DNA of 45,519 nt from Asterionella formosa (lineage: Eukaryota). This document shows positions 43,657-45,519 of this stretch, in pieces (position 1 is the stretch's first letter; the number at the start of each line of letters is the position of its first letter). The stretch spans positions 1-45,519 of the forward strand of contig NKIB01014247.1 in the NCBI GenBank assembly GCA_002256025.1, in the 5' to 3' direction. A program made the position numbers and the translations under genes. The notes beneath the pieces were generated by a model. It was not told the DNA's origin and made no database searches. It worked only from the letters and a program-made list of their open reading frames with translations.

Positions 43657-45519
43657 TCATATGGTTTCATCAGATAGAGCAACCATTCGTTCGCTCCTTC
43701 GTTGGAGTTGCCATAATCGAGAAACCCAAGCAGACACCCGAAACATTTGGAAGCCTAGAAATACGGTCCATACCGATGTCAAGTCAACGGGGTAACCAGC
43801 AAGGGCGGCTTTCTTCACCCGCAGCATTAAGTAAGGGACAACCACAAAGTATCCTCCATACATTTTACCAAGAAATGGCAAGTCTCGTTGTCCCATCAAT
43901 ACTCCTTCGCCTGCGGCAACGAAACCGTGCACGCAGAAAAAGGCAAGCAGGAGGTGGGTGACTGAGTTTACCATGGTCCTCACAGCAGGATCTGTAGAAA
44001 AAAACTTGGACATTAAAGGAATACACATGACAATACTCATCATTGCAGCGGATGCGACGGCACCAGCCTTGCCAAAATTGAGGGCTGTTAATCGGAGTGC
44101 ATCTGAGCGCTGTTTGCTTGGTTTCTTCTGGAAAATGGTAGGTACAAAGGATTGCGCTGTCAAACTGAGGGATTCGGAAATGGGAGTAAGACAGTAAAAC
44201 AATGAAACAACCACTTGCTGGGCTGCCATGCCTACGGTGCCCATACAACTAGCCACAACATGGCTCATGGCAATGTGTGAGGAAACGCGGCCAACTTGGG
44301 TGGCAGTGACCGGCAAAAAGTATGGCTTGAATTCCTTGGCATCGTCCTTCTTGGGGAACTTGAGCAAATCCATCCCTTTAAAACGCCCCTCCAACATTCC
44401 TCGACTGGTGAAGCTTGTATGCCTCTTACTCCTTGGCCTCCGGGATTTTCCCTGGGAGAAGCGTTGAAATGCCTCCGCAATAGTTTGTCTGCGAGATTTT
44501 CCCTCGCCCGTTGCTTCGCCAGTCAGTTCCATAATGGCAGTTGTCAAATCCATCACCTTCTTTTGAGACATTGACTGGTTGCACAACCATTGGATAAAGA
44601 GATACAATGCCACATATTGCGAAAACACAGTCGCCCAAGCCGCACCCGCTGCTCCGCCAATCCAAGGATTGACATTCCCTACCAGTATGGCATCTCCGCA
44701 AAAGTTAACAACAGCGGCTGCCAACAAAACATATAGAGGCGACTTAATGTCTTGCAGTCCCAAACATCCTGCTTGCGCCGATCCAATAATGGTCGCCGCC
44801 GGCATACCAAGGGCTCGGATGCGCACATACCTCATGGCTGCCAAAAACACGTCCGGAGGTACGGCGTCGTTACCAATTAGGGCCATGAGTAGGGGTCTAG
44901 CAAAGACCAACAAGGCCGCACCTAAGCTGGTTCCCACCCATGTCGAAAGCTGAAGTGCCGTGATGAAGGCTCGTGTTGCATTGGGCTTGTCTGGTTTGCC
45001 ACTGTCTGCCTCTTGTGCCCCAGCAACCAAGTTCGTAGTGCCCGTGTACATGAAGGCAATCAACAGGGCGGCATAGTTTGTAATGGCGGCGGCAGGGTTG
45101 AGAGCTGCCAATTGTGCAGTTCCCGATAAGAGCCCCACAGCGCTTGTGTCAATAAGAGACAACAATGGGTTGCACAACCACACCCCAATTGCGGGAATGG
45201 CGAATTTGATAATTTTGCTTACTCGAGGTGCATCAATGGCAGGATTCTGCAAAACAGTTTCGTCAATTTTCGCACTAAGATCTGTTCCATTGTTGACAAG
45301 GGCGATCGACGCCGACACTTCAGGAGGCAGTGATGCTTCGGCAACTTGTACGGCTTGCAGTGATGCCGCGAGTATGACTTCGACATTGTCACACAAAGTA
45401 GTCACAGTCCCTACCTCAACACTTCCAACAATGGGTTCGCCTTCTGTGTAGTTCGCTGCCACTTTGATTCCACTGTCCTGCTCTGAATCTCTCAAGTTGA
45501 GTGGTTTGTGTCTGCCATA
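43657..45519 (-). CDS. MATE (DinF-like) family transporter, 5' end lies beyond the window
   Basis: FAIPAIGVWLCNPLLSLIDTSAVG, LAALNP, YVRIRALGMPA, DIKSPL, VNFCGD, GAAGAAWATVFSQY, MAAQQV. The frame stays open to base 45519. Confidence 0.92.
   Translation of the reverse strand, partial: YGRHKPLNLRDSEQDSGIKVAANYTEGEPIVGSVEVGTVTTLCDNVEVILAASLQAVQVAEASLPPEVSASIALVNNGTDLSAKIDETVLQNPAIDAPRVSKIIKFAIPAIGVWLCNPLLSLIDTSAVGLLSGTAQLAALNPAAAITNYAALLIAFMYTGTTNLVAGAQEADSGKPDKPNATRAFITALQLSTWVGTSLGAALLVFARPLLMALIGNDAVPPDVFLAAMRYVRIRALGMPAATIIGSAQAGCLGLQDIKSPLYVLLAAAVVNFCGDAILVGNVNPWIGGAAGAAWATVFSQYVALYLFIQWLCNQSMSQKKVMDLTTAIMELTGEATGEGKSRRQTIAEAFQRFSQGKSRRPRSKRHTSFTSRGMLEGRFKGMDLLKFPKKDDAKEFKPYFLPVTATQVGRVSSHIAMSHVVASCMGTVGMAAQQVVVSLFYCLTPISESLSLTAQSFVPTIFQKKPSKQRSDALRLTALNFGKAGAVASAAMMSIVMCIPLMSKFFSTDPAVRTMVNSVTHLLLAFFCVHGFVAAGEGVLMGQRDLPFLGKMYGGYFVVVPYLMLRVKKAALAGYPVDLTSVWTVFLGFQMFRVSAWVSRLWQLQRRSERMVALSDETI

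Overview
Eukaryotic nuclear DNA, almost certainly a diatom, judged from bipartite signal-peptide plus 'SAF' plastid presequences, short 67-110 nt GT-AG introns and a diatom-type PRK. The window holds about 17 protein-coding genes: a degenerate-YEATS/amidoligase fusion, PEX11, a PHO80/P-type cyclin, organellar ThrRS, RPL37 (missed by the ORF track), cysteine synthase, a membrane-anchored SET-domain protein, a plastid-presequence NAD(P) transhydrogenase, Tic22, a DUF1336 protein, an unknown polytopic membrane protein, PRK, a UAS/UBX protein, an Asp/Asn beta-hydroxylase-family protein, an N-formylglutamate amidohydrolase-like protein and a 5'-incomplete MATE transporter. These gene blocks alternate with AT-richer tracts of transposon debris, including a disrupted PIF/Harbinger transposase and a possible gag remnant. 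There is one 661-nt assembly gap. Three features stand out. (1) A 1,328-bp element at 30915-32242 looks like a DNA transposon (about 312-bp terminal inverted repeats, TG...CA ends, 6-bp direct flanking repeat) but is built from Ty1/copia parts: RT tail, RNase H, PPT, a complete 3' LTR and an inverted copy of that LTR's distal part. (2) The YEATS-like/amidoligase fusion gene at 289-1635. (3) A strong, strictly intergenic excess of TACCGGTA and TACCWGGTA palindromes. All family assignments are from motif recognition by eye; no searches were run.
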